DNA of 64,000 nucleotides from Ruditapes philippinarum (lineage: Eukaryota), in assembly GCF_026571515.1 (NCBI RefSeq), contig NW_026855281.1:1-64000 (forward strand), read 5' to 3'. A model generated the notes under the pieces. The model was not told the DNA's origin. It worked only from the letters and a program-made list of their open reading frames with translations, and did not search any database. This document shows positions 13,671 to 27,100 of the stretch, piece by piece. The first letter of the stretch is position 1. Each line of letters opens with the position of its first letter. Made by a program: the position numbers and the translations under genes.

Positions 13671-16445
13671 TGGTATTCGGACAAAAATCAGCATGAATAT
13701 GAAACTAGTGGCCTTAATCGAAACGGTTATAAAATTAGTGTAGCCAATCGAAAGAATCGAATCGGCGGTGGGATTGCTTTGACCTGTCGCACCGTTGTGA
13801 ATATGAGGAAATTGAAATCTGGAGTGACAAATTGTTTCGAATTTGGTATTTGGCAACTGGTATTCAGTAACATTACAATGCATGTAATTGGCATTTATAG
13901 AGCACCATCCATGTCAACAGATTGACAATTAATTTCTGACTTTTTCGAATTCATGGAATGGTTTTTTGCCTCAATATTCCAATTTTCTAACACTGGGTGT
14001 TTTTAACTTACATCTGAATGAAGAAAATAGTGTGATATCAGATTTTAGAGACTCTTTATTCGCTATTGGTTTGGTGCAGCATGTTAACTTTGGCACAAAA
14101 GTTTTTTGCAATACTCTTGATGTTGTTATTACGGAGGCAGTCAATGGGGTTGAAATTGTGGCATGTGAACCTAGTGATTATGTGTCTGATCATCGAGCAA
14201 TAACATGTGTTACAAATGTTCAAAAAGAAAATATAATCAGTAAGTCAGTCAAATTTAGAAACTTTAAAAATATGGACGAGTCATCTGTTAGAAAAGAGTT
14301 CAGTGAATTTACAATAGATCAGAGTGATATTAATCTATACGTGAATGAGTTTGAAGCTAAAATAAAGAACGTTCTGGACACGCATGCACCTGAAAAAGAG
14401 ATAACAAAAGTAATTAGAGCTCCTTAACCATGGTTCACTCCCGAAATACTCACCCTTAAAACATCGACTCGGAAAGCTGAAAAAATATGGAAAAAATATC
14501 GTCAACCACAACAATATGAATCATTCAAAAAAGTCTCGGAACCAGTACAATGATGAACTCGAAAAAGAGAAAACAAAAGTAATAAGTGAAAAAGTAACTA
14601 ATTAAAAAGGGTGATTGCAAGAAACTGTACCAGTTAGTATCTGAGTTAACAGGAACTAAATCAGAAAACCCAATGCCACCTGGCTACAGTGATAGCGGCT
14701 CTCCGAACACTTTGCCTCATTTTTATTGAATAAAATAGAGAAAATACTTGATGACCTGAAACCATTTGATAAATTCGAGCCAAATACTAGAAACGTTCCA
14801 TCTCTTCTTGCCTTCTTCTTGAATTTTCAAATGATAATGCTAAAGAGCTGATAAATGAACTACAGACAAAATCTTGTGAATTGGACATATTACCGACAGC
14901 AATATTAAAATTATTCCTTAAAATACTTCCAATTATAACAAAACTGGTAAACTTATCACTACAGCAAGGAATATTTCCAAATAAACGGAAAGAGGCTTTG
15001 GTGAGACCACTTTTGAAGAAAATTGGACTTGAACTTGTATTTTCAAATTAAAGACCTGTGAGTAATCTATCGTTTTTATCAAAACTGAAAATACTAAATA
15101 AACATGCTAATCAGTATGACTTACTACCTACACACCAATCCGCCTACAGAAAATACCACTCATGTGAATCTGCTCTACTGCGATTAGTTAATGATCTGTT
15201 GGCAGCCATGAAAAACAAGAAGTTACAGCGTTAATCGCGATTGATCTCAGTGCCGTATTCGACATGATCATGTGGATCATGATATACTCGTCGACGTGCT
15301 AGAGAAGCAGTTCGGCGTGAGCGGTTCAGTGCTCAGCTGGCTTGATTCATACCTTTGTCCGGGGGGCTGTCGCGTGTGTGTCAACTCGGCGATCTCGGCT
15401 CCACGACAACTAGAATGCAGTGTCCCCCAGGGTAGTTGTTTAGGGCCTTGGCTCTAGCTAACGTATGCTGGAACCTTGTTTGACGTGGTTTCATCTGGAT
15501 TATGGGTGTATGGATTCGCTGATGACCATACTGCAACCAAACGTTTTAAACCGACGGAAGAAAATAGTGAAATTTCTGCAATCGCTTAATTAGAAAATGG
15601 TGCGATTGATATCAACAACTGGATGGACGCTAATAAACTCAAGATGAACTCATCGAAAACAGAATTCATAACATTTGGAAGTGCTCAACAACTCGAAAAG
15701 TGTCACCTAAAATCCATTTGTATTAACGGAGATAAGATCAACTTCGAGAAGTCCATTAGATATTTAGGCGCATTTCTCGACCAAACACTTAATTTCAAGG
15801 AACATGTCAAACGAAAGTGCCGTACTGCAATGTTAAACTATCTTAGAATAAAACGTATCCGAAAATACCTCACGAAAGAAGCAGCTGAAATACTAGTTAT
15901 AGCACTCGTAATGTCCCACTTGGATAGTTGCAATGTCATTCTTTATGGTGTATCCGATTTTGAATTGAAAACAAATTCAACGTTTTCAAAACATGTGCGC
16001 TAAGTTAGTTCTGCAACAAAAGAAATTTGACAGTTCAAGGCAAGCATTGTTCAACCTTCACTGGTTGCCCATCAAATCTAGAATCGAATTCAAAATTTTG
16101 ACTTTTGTATACAATTGTTCAATCGGTCATGCTCCAAAATACATTTCTGAACTCTTAACCAAATACCCGACTACGCTCAGCTAAAACCTCTGAGAACTGC
16201 TACGTTATTCCATTCAATAAAAGAAAAACATTTAGTGACAGAAGTTTCGGAACTATTGGTCCAAAATTGTGGAATCCGCTGCCATTTGAGTTGAAACAAT
16301 CTCAGAATATGGATATATTTAAGAAAAATCTTAAAACACTTTATTTCAGAAAGTTTGAATCACTATTTTAAACTCTGAAATGAGATAAACATGAGTAACG
16401 TATAACTGATGACTGACAGTGTGATGAATGTGCAATATAAATGAA
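13671..16445 (+). mobile_element. Near-complete degenerate LINE ORF2 (L2/CR1 group): APE endonuclease plus RT
   Basis: Endonuclease motifs (NRKNRIGGGIA, LGVFNLH, NTLDVVI, SDHRAI) and RT motifs (RPVSNLSFLSK, DLSAVFD..DH, SVPQGSCLGP, FADDH, NKLKMNSSKTEFI, LHWLPIKSRIEFK, LWNPLP). Many frameshifts. Confidence 0.9.
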
Positions 16446-16519
16446 TGTTTTATTCTTTTTAATCTATTTGTAATCAAGTTACATGTATGTAAATAATCTT
16501 AATTCATGCTACATGTATA

Positions 16520-17140
16520 TCAATCATTTGAAGCATGTTTTCTGCTCCACGTTGACGGGTTCTGTATCTGCGAAGTCTGTGTAATAGCCGCATACGACCC
16601 TCTAGTAGTAATGTCTGTTGAATACTGTGTATAACGTTTGGCTCTTTTGCGACGTTCTTGCCGAACTTTACGGTTAGCCTGCATTTGAGCACGATAAATT
16701 TTCTTCTCGTCATCTGAATTCTCGGCGAGAGGATGCGCTTCGTGTTCCTCCACGACTTTCCACTCATGCTCGGAAGAATCAGCTTATTTAAACATTTTTT
16801 TACGATGCATAATAATGTCTATACCTTCTGATATTTTCTGTTTGGCGCCTTCTGTGTCTGCTGCGCTGAATGAATCGCCCGTGACGAGCTCTTCCGCCTG
16901 TCGCATTTTGTTAAGCACAAGGGTATTCACCTTGACCTGTTGCTCGTGACCCTTCTTCCTCAATGTTTATATATCGTCCATAGCTTTGATGGTAGAAATT
17001 TAAGACTGAAAAATCTCCCTTTGAACTGTATTGATACGCTGCTCAAAAGCTCCCAACTTCGAGTCGATAAGCCTCTCCATTTGAGACAAAAACTGATTTT
17101 CGCTGTGCATAGATCTAGACATTTCTCTGCTGCCAAGTGT
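16520..17140 (-). mobile_element. Degenerate gag/ORF1-like fragment of a probable DIRS/Ngaro-type tyrosine-recombinase retrotransposon
   Basis: Across a frameshift: KKGHEQQVKVN...ISEGIDIIMHRKK..K.ADSSEHEWKVVEEHEAHPLAENSDDEKKIYRA, a motif I recognise from invertebrate DIRS-group ORF1 proteins. No RT or recombinase seen. Confidence 0.55.
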
Positions 17141-17749
17141 AGTTAATAGCTTAAGTGCAACTTGATAAAACACGAGTTGTTAACGCTGTGAAATCGTCAA
17201 GTAGAGTGACCAATACACAATATTATTTTACACGCCAGTACAAAAAACCTTGCTTTTACCACCAATAAAAATGCCTACAAAAATACGTTACGCAAAGACA
17301 AATATTTCCCCCTATTCGATGAAACGCATGAAAATTATATTCTGCAGAACAACGGTTTTTGTTTACTATTGCATCATGGTTTAACTGGTAGCCATTTTGC
17401 TGAATGCTTTGGATGTTATAAAGAATTTCAATAAATAACTGCTTTAATAAAGTCATCTCAATGCTTGAATATTCATGAACAATAAAAAAAATACATTCAC
17501 ATGAAAATTATACTGATAACAATGTAAACCACCTAGCCATCTTACTTCTGTCTGTCTCGTCATAGTATGTCAAGACATAGAAACACATGGTATCAACAGA
17601 TTGCTGAAACTACAGTATCCTTTGCACGGGCATGCACTTTGTGTAATAATTTAACACAATCCAACGCCAGTTCAAGTATACAACCCCTTACCTCTCCAAA
17701 CAGCTTCTCAAAAGATGGAAGTGTGTCCCCACACACCATACCGGTACTT

Positions 17750-20330
17750 CTAAACCACAAACTAAAAATTATGGTTCAAAAGATAAAATTATCTGCGTTA
17801 ATTGCCAATCCATTGTGAACAAAAACATGATTTTCAAATTATGATCCTTTCTCAAAACCTGATGTTGTCACCATAACAGAGTCATGGCTAAAAAATGAGC
17901 ACATAAAAAGTGAAATCGTCCCAACATACATCGGACACACAGTCTTACCGAAAGGATAGACAAACAGGAAAAGGAGACATGGTGTATCAATACTTAAAAA
18001 TTATAATCTTAATACATGTGAACAACTAAAACTAAGCACTGACTGTGAAATTATATTGGTTAAATTAGAAATTAAAGGTAACAACCCATCTTTCATTGCC
18101 TCTTACTATAAAACACATAAAAACGAAATAAAATGTATACTCAAATTTGAATAAGAAACATGGCAATGCAATAAAACTAGGTTTTTAATTATCACAATTT
18201 TAGAAAGATTTGTTGTAGTTGAAAAACAAATACAAGCAACGAACAACGTAACTTTGTGCAATGTAAACATAAATAATGAAACGCCACATTTCCTTGTTGA
18301 TCATGTTTATCATATTTAACATTTTAGGGCCCAAAAGCTGTCTTATGCGAGGTCAGCACATAAGCTCAATTTTAAGCAAGTGCCATTAAAACATCTCATT
18401 CCAAACTCTAGTCATTGATCAGCAATTTATTACCTATTTTGAGGAACAAAAACCTTGACTTGATATCAATATCAATATCGTATTCCAAACTCTAGTTTAT
18501 GACTTGAACATATTTATTATTTCTACTAACCGTTACCTTGATCTTGGTTCTAAGGGACCCGAAAGAGATATATGAAAAATATTTACATAAGCTTGCTATA
18601 CATCAAGTTTATGTGAAATATTTCATTCCTTACTCTTGTTATTGACTGGAAGCAGATTTTCCATTTTGAACATCAGTGCCATTGACATTGACTCTACAGG
18701 ACCCAAAAGTGGGCAGATGAGCTAACAGGCGTTTAACAAACCAGATCGTTTCTGTTCAATAATTATATAAAGTTTGATTAAATGTTCAAGTTGTGATTAA
18801 ATGGATATGATTTGTAAATAATAAAATTTTATGGAAAAAACGAAAGACTATAATTAGGTCAAACGTTTTCCGATCACAAAACCCTGCCAAAATGCACAGG
18901 GCAATTGATAACAAAGCTTCTGTGAAAGTTTGGTGAAAATCCCTTGAGATATGTAGAAGGAATTGCGCACAGAAGAAATTGTGTACGCCTGCCCGCAAGA
19001 AATCTTAAAGGCACAAACATAATCCCAGGAGACTTTAACACACTTTCTTAAACTTACATGGGAACATGTTTATTCTTACTAATTTGTCCTTAGTCCAAAC
19101 TCCACATACAAAATAAATTCCTAGAGGTTATTGGAAATTACACCCTTATTCAAATGGTAATTGTAAATACAAGACATGTTAATATTTTAGATATCTACCT
19201 AATCCCGAGGGACACACTCAACAAAACAGAAATAATCTTATAATTATCAGATCATAACATCATCCCAACAACTCTACATGCAAGACCTATTATCTTAAAT
19301 AACCAAGAAACTGTCTAGTCTATAAAAAGCAAACTGATCTTAACTCAAAAATCATATGCAAATACTTACTCAAGAACTTATTTACAAGGTGTGAACTATA
19401 GACACATCTGAAATCTCAAAAAAACCTTATTTGTTCGAAATGAAAAAATAGGATCTTAAATATCCCTCCCCTAGTAACAAAATCAAATAAAAACTCATGA
19501 CAAAAAAAGCCATCTATACAAAAAAACTTACAAATTGTGAACTAAGGAAAATTTAAAAAAAAACTGAAAGTGCACATCAAAACCCAAATTAAAACATCTT
19601 ATGATTAATACTTAGAACAAAAACAAGAACTTGATGACAATGATCCAGCATACACTCAAACTAAATTTCTTACTAAAAAGCTATATTCACATTAAAAACA
19701 TTTTAAGGAAGATTCACAAAATGTATAAACCATCGAACATCAAACCATATGCTTTCTTTTATCAAACATCATTGACAATACCAATAAACTGAAAAGGTAG
19801 TTCAGGCTTTTTTACAGTGCACAGTTGTTACTTCAACAAACTTGCCTGCAAAAACTATATTGCCTTTACCCCACAAAACACGGTACCTATAAGTAAAAAA
19901 GGGATGCTGAAGCCTCTTTAGCCAACCTTCAGATAGACAAAGCTGCATGACCAGACCTTATTCGGCCAGTATTCCTCAAAGAACTGCTGAAAGAAGTCGT
20001 AGATATTATCAAAATACTGTTCCAAAAATCTCTATCATCTGGTGCTATTCCCTCTGATTGGACCAATGCCTTTGCTTGCCCTATTTACAAAAAAGTGATA
20101 ATACAAACCAAGCTTATTACCGGTCTATTCAACCAATTTGTATCCTTTACAAAACGCTAGGTCATGTTTTTGCTTCCCATCTATCTTCACACTTTAGTAA
20201 TTACAATATTCTTTTCGATCTTCAGCATGGCTTAAGAGAGAACAGTTCATGTGACACACAGCTTATTGAACTAAGAGATTCATCACAGCAGGCAAACAAA
20301 CATCTTATCTCCTTGACTTTGGCAAAGCAT
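17750..20330 (+). mobile_element. Highly degenerate CR1-like LINE (endonuclease and N-terminal RT), interrupted at ~18160-18995
   Basis: KPDVVTITESWLK (17866 on); IIPGDFN resumes at ~19018; KAA.PD.I...FLKE, QHGLRENSSCDTQLI near 19940-20270. Confidence 0.75.
18400..18995 (-). mobile_element. HINE-like repeat fragment inserted in the CR1-like LINE
   Basis: Recurrent gaccttga/ttgatc and aagtttg...aaat core motifs shared with other HINE-like elements in this window. Confidence 0.4.
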
Positions 20331-20352
20331 ATGTTTGAATAAATCAAAGTTT

Positions 20353-20436
20353 ACTCTCTCTCTCTCTCTGTCTCTCTGTCTCTCTGTCTGTCTGTCTCTC
20401 TCTGTCTGTCTGTCTCTCTCGCTCTCCCTCTCTCTC
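20353..20436. repeat. (CT)n/(CTGT)n microsatellite next to an assembly gap
   Basis: Directly visible; flanked on both sides by catatgtttgaa, the second copy running into the Ns. Confidence 0.95.
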
Positions 20437-21212
20437 ATATGTTTGAANNNNNNNNNNNNNNNNNNNNNNNNNNNNNNNNNNNNNNNNNNNNNNNNNNNNN
20501 NNNNNNNNNNNNNNNNNNNNNNNNNNNNNNNNNNNNNNNNNNNNNNNNNNNNNNNNNNNNNNNNNNNNNNNNNNNNNNNNNNNNNNNNNNNTTCCTGCCT
20601 ATCACACTCGCAGGAGGATGTCATATGAAATTCGTGACCAGGTCTTTCCTAATCAGAAAGATTCCTACTCGATATCCAATACGTATAGTTGCATGTCTTT
20701 CTGCCAATCAAACGTGTCCAGGTGTGAAATCATGTCACCACGAAAATTTAATAACTGTGATGAAAGGTCGGTTTGGACCTTAAAACGTAGTTTCTTGAAA
20801 CCGATGATACTCTATAAGCGAGTATGCCAAAAGCAGGTTTTATATAAAATAAAGAATGGAAAACATCGGTACAGCGCAAAGGTGCTTCCGAATTCTATTC
20901 GACTTTGCTGAAAGTAAATTTCTCTGTATAATGTCTCATCTCTTAGTAAGACATTCCTACGTTCATCATGATAAAATTCTAAACTTTTGCAGATAAATAA
21001 ATAGTTCCCCTGCCTTACGATTATCCATTTCTAATTTAGATATAACTAGGTGATTTCCCAAAGTTGCCACGCTCTGTCTAATTATAAAGCTCAAATCCTT
21101 GTGTTAGCCTGAACTCTTGTGACCTCATCTCAATGACAAAACTATCTCAGCAATCAAGAAACAAATTTGAAATGAATGCAAGTGACTAAGAACTTTATAA
21201 CGTTGATTTCAG

Positions 21213-24200
21213 GCGGACAATAAGCTTTTTGTGGCGGCCATAGACGTTGGATCTTCGTTTTCTGGTTGGGCATTTTCCTCTATTTCGGATTTAGAACAGG
21301 CAAAAACAAACATTCATGTAAAGTCTTGGTATTCAACATACACTTCATATTCCACTGGAAAAACACCAACATGCGCCTTGATAAAACCAGACGGTGAAAC
21401 ACTGGACTCGTTCGGCTATGAGGCAGAAAGAAGATATGATGAATTATTATCCAAAAACCAACACGAGAATTATTTCTTCTTTAAACACTTCAAAACTCGT
21501 CTGTATGTAAAGTATAATGAGGTAATATTATTTTCAAATTTTTTCCTCCTAGTGGTGGTGTATCTCGACGAATANNNNNNNNNNNNNNNNNNNNNNNNNN
21601 NNNNNNNNNNNNNNNNNNNNNNNNNNNNNNNNNNNNNNNNNNNNNNNNNNNNNNNNNNNNNNNNNNNNNNNNNNNNNNNNNNNNNNNNNNNNNNNNNNNN
21701 NNNNNNNNNNNNNNNNNNNNNNNNNNNNNNNNNNNNNNNNNNNNNNNNNNNNNNNNNNNNNNNNNNNNNNNNNNNNNNNNNNNNNNNNNNNNNNNNNNNN
21801 NNNNNNNNNNNNNNNNNNNNNNNNNNNNNNNNNNNNNNNNNNNNNTCCTTTTATCTGATCATCATATATGTATGTTACATTATTACCTTGTACTCTACCG
21901 TTCAATTTTTAATCTATTAATTTTTCGTCTAACATTTTTACAAAAAATACTTTACTATTAAAATAAACGATCCATCATGAGTGCACACTAAATGGAATTA
22001 TACAAAGACTGAATGAACTTTACAAAGGTTTTCTTTTATCTTATCATGATGAATGCATTGTCCATTTCACAGCCGTTGAACACAGGAATGAAGCTTGTTG
22101 ACCAATTGGGAAAGGTGCTTCCAGCAATAAAAGTATTTTCAGCAAGCATTTGGTTTTTAGCAAAGGACATGTTTTCTGATTTAGAGAAAAGATTTCAGGA
22201 TATTCGACTGGGAGATATAAGATGGGTTATTACTGTCCCTGCCATCTGGACAGACCAAGCAAAATATTTGATGAGAGAATCTGCTTTGCAAGTAAGGTCC
22301 TTTTCAAATAGATAGGTGTCCATTACCACATTTGCTGTCGGAATGGCATATTCACATACCTATACATATTTCGATTAAAGTTATATAAATATGAAATATA
22401 TAAAAGCTTTATTATAAATATATGTATTATTAAATGCCTCAAATATTTGACTTCTTTTCATTATAAACAATACTGTATCATCATCACCTACTGATCTTAA
22501 AACCAAAAGGGATCGTCTATAGTTATGACTTTCCTTCACAAGTTTTCATTAATCAAAACGTTGACTTTGATATGTCCACTTCTGACTTAAAGGTAAACAA
22601 GAAATGTTTGTATAACATGTATGTCCCCTATCGGCAGTCAATTAGTCAAGTGATCAGGTATTTGTGACCGTCTTTTGACCTTGTGATCAAAAAATTAATG
22701 AACTTCACCTTTGACCCTTGATCAATAGAAGTTATCTACTTGCCATGACCAATGCATGTACGAAGTTTGAGGGCCAACAATCAATGCGTTGTCAAGTTAT
22801 TGATCGGAAACTGTTTTACCTACTAGGTCAATGTGACCACCTGACATCAAAATCCATTTAGTTATTCTCATGGTCATGTGCCATAAATAACAGCGTATTT
22901 CTTATCAAGCTATTCATCAGACAATGAAATATTTAGGTAAGAAATTACTTACATACGTACATATATACGTACAGATCGATGCTTTCAAAGTATGCTTCCT
23001 CTTTGGAAAACAACTTGAAACGGATTAAATAAAAAGATAAAATATATACCAAAACTAATCAAGTGAAGATCCAAACTATGTCACCTACATTATGGTTTCT
23101 TGATTACAAATAACAACATACACATATCTGTTGTAGGCAGGATTACCATCGAACAGTATAGTTATTGCTCTTGAGCCAGAAGCTGCGTCAGTTTATTGTC
23201 GGCAACTTGATGTGTGTGCTGTTAATAGAGACACGGGTGTTATGTTATCTTCCCTGGAGGTTGGAAGTAAATACCTCGTGTTAGACGCTGGTGGTAGGTA
23301 TTCGGTTATTTTAAATAAAGGTACATTACAGGCCGATTACAATTGATATCATAATATATATTTAAAAAGGGTGAAATGTATTTTAGTTGTTCTCATACCG
23401 GTTTAAATTATTTACATGTATTTGTTTTTCATTATTACATCATAGTTCAAACACTGCAAAAATCCTCACTAGTGTTTTTTGATGTAAAAATAATTTAATA
23501 TCACATATTTTTGGAGTGTGAACAAAAAGAATCTGATTCTTTCAAAACTAATAATAAGATTTGTACACATGTATTATTCAAAGCACAACTTACTCTTCAG
23601 GTGGAACAATAGATTTAACAATACACGAAATTGCTCCTTCAAATCGTGTAAAACAAGTTGTTGTTTCAAGTGGAAATATTTTTGGTGGAAATGAAGTGAA
23701 CAATGAGTTCGAAAAGTTCTTAAAAACTGCTCTTTCTGATGAAAAGTATGAACAATTTAAAAAATTTGAAACTGAAGATTGGTTGTTTTTAATGGGCGAA
23801 TTTGAAGTGAAAAAGAAATCTTTTAATCCAGAAAATACCGATTGTGTGAATATGAGATTTCCGCAAAGTTTGAAAGATATATATGAAGCAGACAACCGAA
23901 AAACAATTCTACGAAAAGTCAAAAAGACAAAAAAAATTGAAAAGGCCTTGAACCGGACGGGCTTTGGCAAAGACATTATAATCAAACGAGACAAAATGTC
24001 CTTCCCATCAGATGTTTTCGTCAAGTTCTTCGGACCTGCTGTAGAAATGACAATACAACAAATGAAAAAGGTATTAGGAAACATGCTTGTAGGATCAATA
24101 TCCTGCATCTTAATGGTAGGTGGCTTCTCTGAATGTATCCTTTTGCAGCAAGTTGTAAAGTCTGAATTTGCTAACATTCCTGTTATTGTACCAGTAGAGG

Positions 24201-24688
24201 CGTCAACTGCAGTGCTTCAAGGGGCGGTTTTATATGGATATAATCCACCTGTTATTCTAGAGAGGGTGGTGAAATATACATACGGTGTTGCAGGTAGTTC
24301 AGATTTCAAACCGGATAAACACCCTATAGAGAAGCGTTTCGTCACTGATTTTGGAGTTCAGTGTAACGATATATTCTCAAAGCATGTTACTCGAGGAGAT
24401 TTAGTAAAATTTGACACGCAGCACAAGAAACGGTATTTCATACAGAATCGAAATCAGAACAAGGTACAAATTGATATATATGCATCAGAACTTTCAAACC
24501 CGAGATTTACTACAGACAAAGACTGTCATGTTGTTGGTAAGATCATCCTAGACTTATCTTGCACAGATGATATACGTAATAACCCAATAGAAGTTACATT
24601 TGCGTTTGGAGGCACAGAAATTACTGTAACTGCCGAAGAAGCAAAATCAGGGAGAAAAGTTAGTACAGTTGTCAGTTTTCTTGAATAA
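21213..24688 (+). CDS. HSPA12: Heat shock 70 kDa protein 12 family (HSPA12A/B-like); exons 21213-21521, 22073-22291, 23137-23293, 23601-24688 (~590 aa, start codon upstream)
   Basis: Canonical AG/GT junctions with matching phases 0, 0, 1. Motifs VAAIDVGSSFSGWAFS, KTPTCAL, FGYEAE, RWVITVPAIWTDQAK.LMRE.A, ALEPEAAS, YLVLDAGGGTIDLTIHE, GG..VN.EF, LMVGGFSEC, AVLQGAVLYG, FAFGGTEI. AATAAA at 24862. Confidence 0.93.
22598..23015 (-). mobile_element. HINE-like element in the HSPA12 intron between 22291 and 23137
   Basis: acaagaaatg...gtcccc terminus, repeated tgacc(t)ttgacc cores, and a (TACA/TACG) microsatellite remnant. Confidence 0.55.
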
Positions 24689-25819
24689 GATTGACACGAT
24701 TGACGTGAAGAGACAGAATAATATTTTGTCATCAACACTTCCGTGGATTAAGGTTAAGACTTAATAAGCAGAAAACTAACTATATATTTCACATTCCATT
24801 TAATGTATTCGAAAGTAATTTGGAAGTCTCTGTTCAGTTGTGTTTGTGCATAAACGTAGATAATAAATGATAACTATTACGAACTTAGAAAAATCCACGT
24901 ATTCAAATATATTCAAATACTGTTGACAGAATTGCTATGATAAAGATATTTCACCTAGTCATCTTGAGTCAGGTGTCAAACATCTGAGAAACATTGGTAT
25001 CAGCTTAGCCTTTTTTATTTCACAATTTAAATACGATTTGTTATTATTCCAAATTCATGATTATTTGTGACGGATAGTAGTACAATTTGAAAGTAGGTTA
25101 CCTCATTCTTGGCACCGAACTTGAAGTTAAAAAAAAAAACAGAACTTCAACAGGAAGCTAAAAATATAATACGGAAAACCCAAACATTTAGATTTGTATA
25201 ACATTATTTCTGGGCGCATACTATGATAGAATATTGAAAATTGAGACAATCATCATTAATCGTAGGTTTACTAGTACCTTAATTCGTAAGCATGTTTATC
25301 GGAAGTTAGGGTCTAAATCATATAGTTCTGTTATTGAGTGTGAAGGCGTAGTCTTTGACTTATTGCAGCAATTATTTGTTAATATTCAGTGGTATGGATA
25401 AATTTCAAACAAACCTATGTTTTCCTAAGGTAAGGATATTTGAAAATGTCTAGCCACATATGTTTGCTTATTGTAGCTACTACATGAAAGACGAAATATT
25501 GTGTAACACATATATGGTATTCATTTTTATATGAATTTGCAATACATTTGCATCGGATTTTAGGCACGACAAACCATTGTATGCCATTAAAATGATATTT
25601 TTAGTAAATCGACACATAATATAACATTTACAACAAATAAACCACCTACATATTGCATTTAATTTCGTTTTTAAAGACCAACATCGTGTAGTTTGTGTCA
25701 TTTGTCACTTGAAAACCATTTTGTGTAAACTCGTTTTTTTTCATTAAAGGATGTTTTTTGTTTTGTTTGTTGTTTGTTTGTTTGTTTTTTTTTTTGTTAC
25801 TGTCACTTGAAATGTAAAA

Positions 25820-26190
25820 CTATGTAAATGTAATAGTGTATATTGGTGCTACAGATGCAATGCAGTAAAATAGTAAAGAAATGTACGCAAAATTAAAATT
25901 TTTCAATTCAGAATTTGTATTTAACACAACTGCCTTTTTTGAAAGTAAATGCATATCAACAGAGTAAGTGGGACATTGCAAAAGCACATGTATTTTATTT
26001 TTAACAGAGTCTTTACAAAACAGACATACTCCTTTAGATTCAGGTAATATTTTCATTACGCCGTCCAGTTTGTAGTCGAAGTGGTGCTACCACATCTAGA
26101 CTTTGCTAATGCAGATCTATGTGCATATGGTAATTGTAATTTACAATATGTTTTATCCTCATACGTATTTTATTTTTGATAGAACACCAT
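25820..26190 (-). mobile_element. Degenerate LINE 3' fragment
   Basis: HRSALAKSRCG...VCLFCKDSVKNKIHVLLQCPTY zinc-knuckle remnant. Confidence 0.6.
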
Positions 26191-26554
26191 TTACCGTTTG
26201 TATTTCTTATCGAAAAAATGGAAAGGCTATTTGAGAAAATTATGAAAAAAAACATGTGTTGTTTAATAATATAGATAAAAACACATCTTCAGGGGATATA
26301 TATTGGTTACATCTCGAAATGGATGGATCTTCTTCCTTTCGATGAGAAATCTTTGAAATATAGTCATGAATAATTTCGATCTAGAACTTGTATTGACTCC
26401 AGTGGATTTTGCAAGACAACGATCCGACAAGACGCGAAACCGTTTTCACACCCGGCTGCCGGCATAGAATTCCTAGCTCACGGTAGCTTCATTCCAATGT
26501 TTTTTACAAATATAGCTCTCAAAGAACTAAATTTGTTAATAAAGAAAGGACCGT

Positions 26555-27100
26555 ATAATAATAATTATAATAATAATAATAACTCATTTGAACAACATAT
26601 CAATTTTGCAAGAGGCCCTTAACAAAGAACAATATAAATTTAACATATTCAAACTATTTAAATACATACATGTAAAAGTATACATGTGATAAACAACTTG
26701 TATACATTGATGTGTGATAATATCAGAGATGTAGCAGACTTGATATAATCAGGAAGTCCGTTCCAAATACAAGTTCCAGAATAAATAAAAGACTTACGAA
26801 ATTGTTCAGTATTTGGTCTAGGGGTGTAAAGTTAAAAATCAGATGATGAGTATGAACATCTGATGATGAAACGAATTTTATTTAATAAATAAGAAGGCGC
26901 CTGATAATTCATTATTTTAAACATCGTAAAAGCTTTTTGAAAAACAACCCTCTGTGAAAAGGTAATCCAGCGTAGTTCAGAAAATAGTTCAGCAGATGGA
27001 GTATCATAATATTTGTCTAGAATTAGTCTTGCAGCTCTCTTTTGGAACTTAATGAGTTTATCTTCAAGAACAGACGTGCAGTGACCGTATACCGTTTTTA
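26555..27100 (-). mobile_element. Degenerate CR1/L2 LINE 3' end with (ATT)n tail
   Basis: KLIKFQKRAARLILD...SAELFSELRW...FRKSFIYSGTCIWNGLPDYIKSA; (AAT)n run at 26555-26582. Confidence 0.75.

Noticed and set aside
20283-21920. ORFs containing X runs (also 43734-43949)
   Set aside because: Artefacts of translating through N gaps and microsatellites; only 21213-21521 is a supported exon.
21213-24688. Bacterial dnaK or horizontal transfer
   Set aside because: Spliceosomal introns and HSPA12-specific motifs indicate a native animal gene.
23590-24738. Minus-strand ORFs of 195 aa and 70 aa
   Set aside because: Antisense shadows of the last HSPA12 exon; no recognisable motifs.
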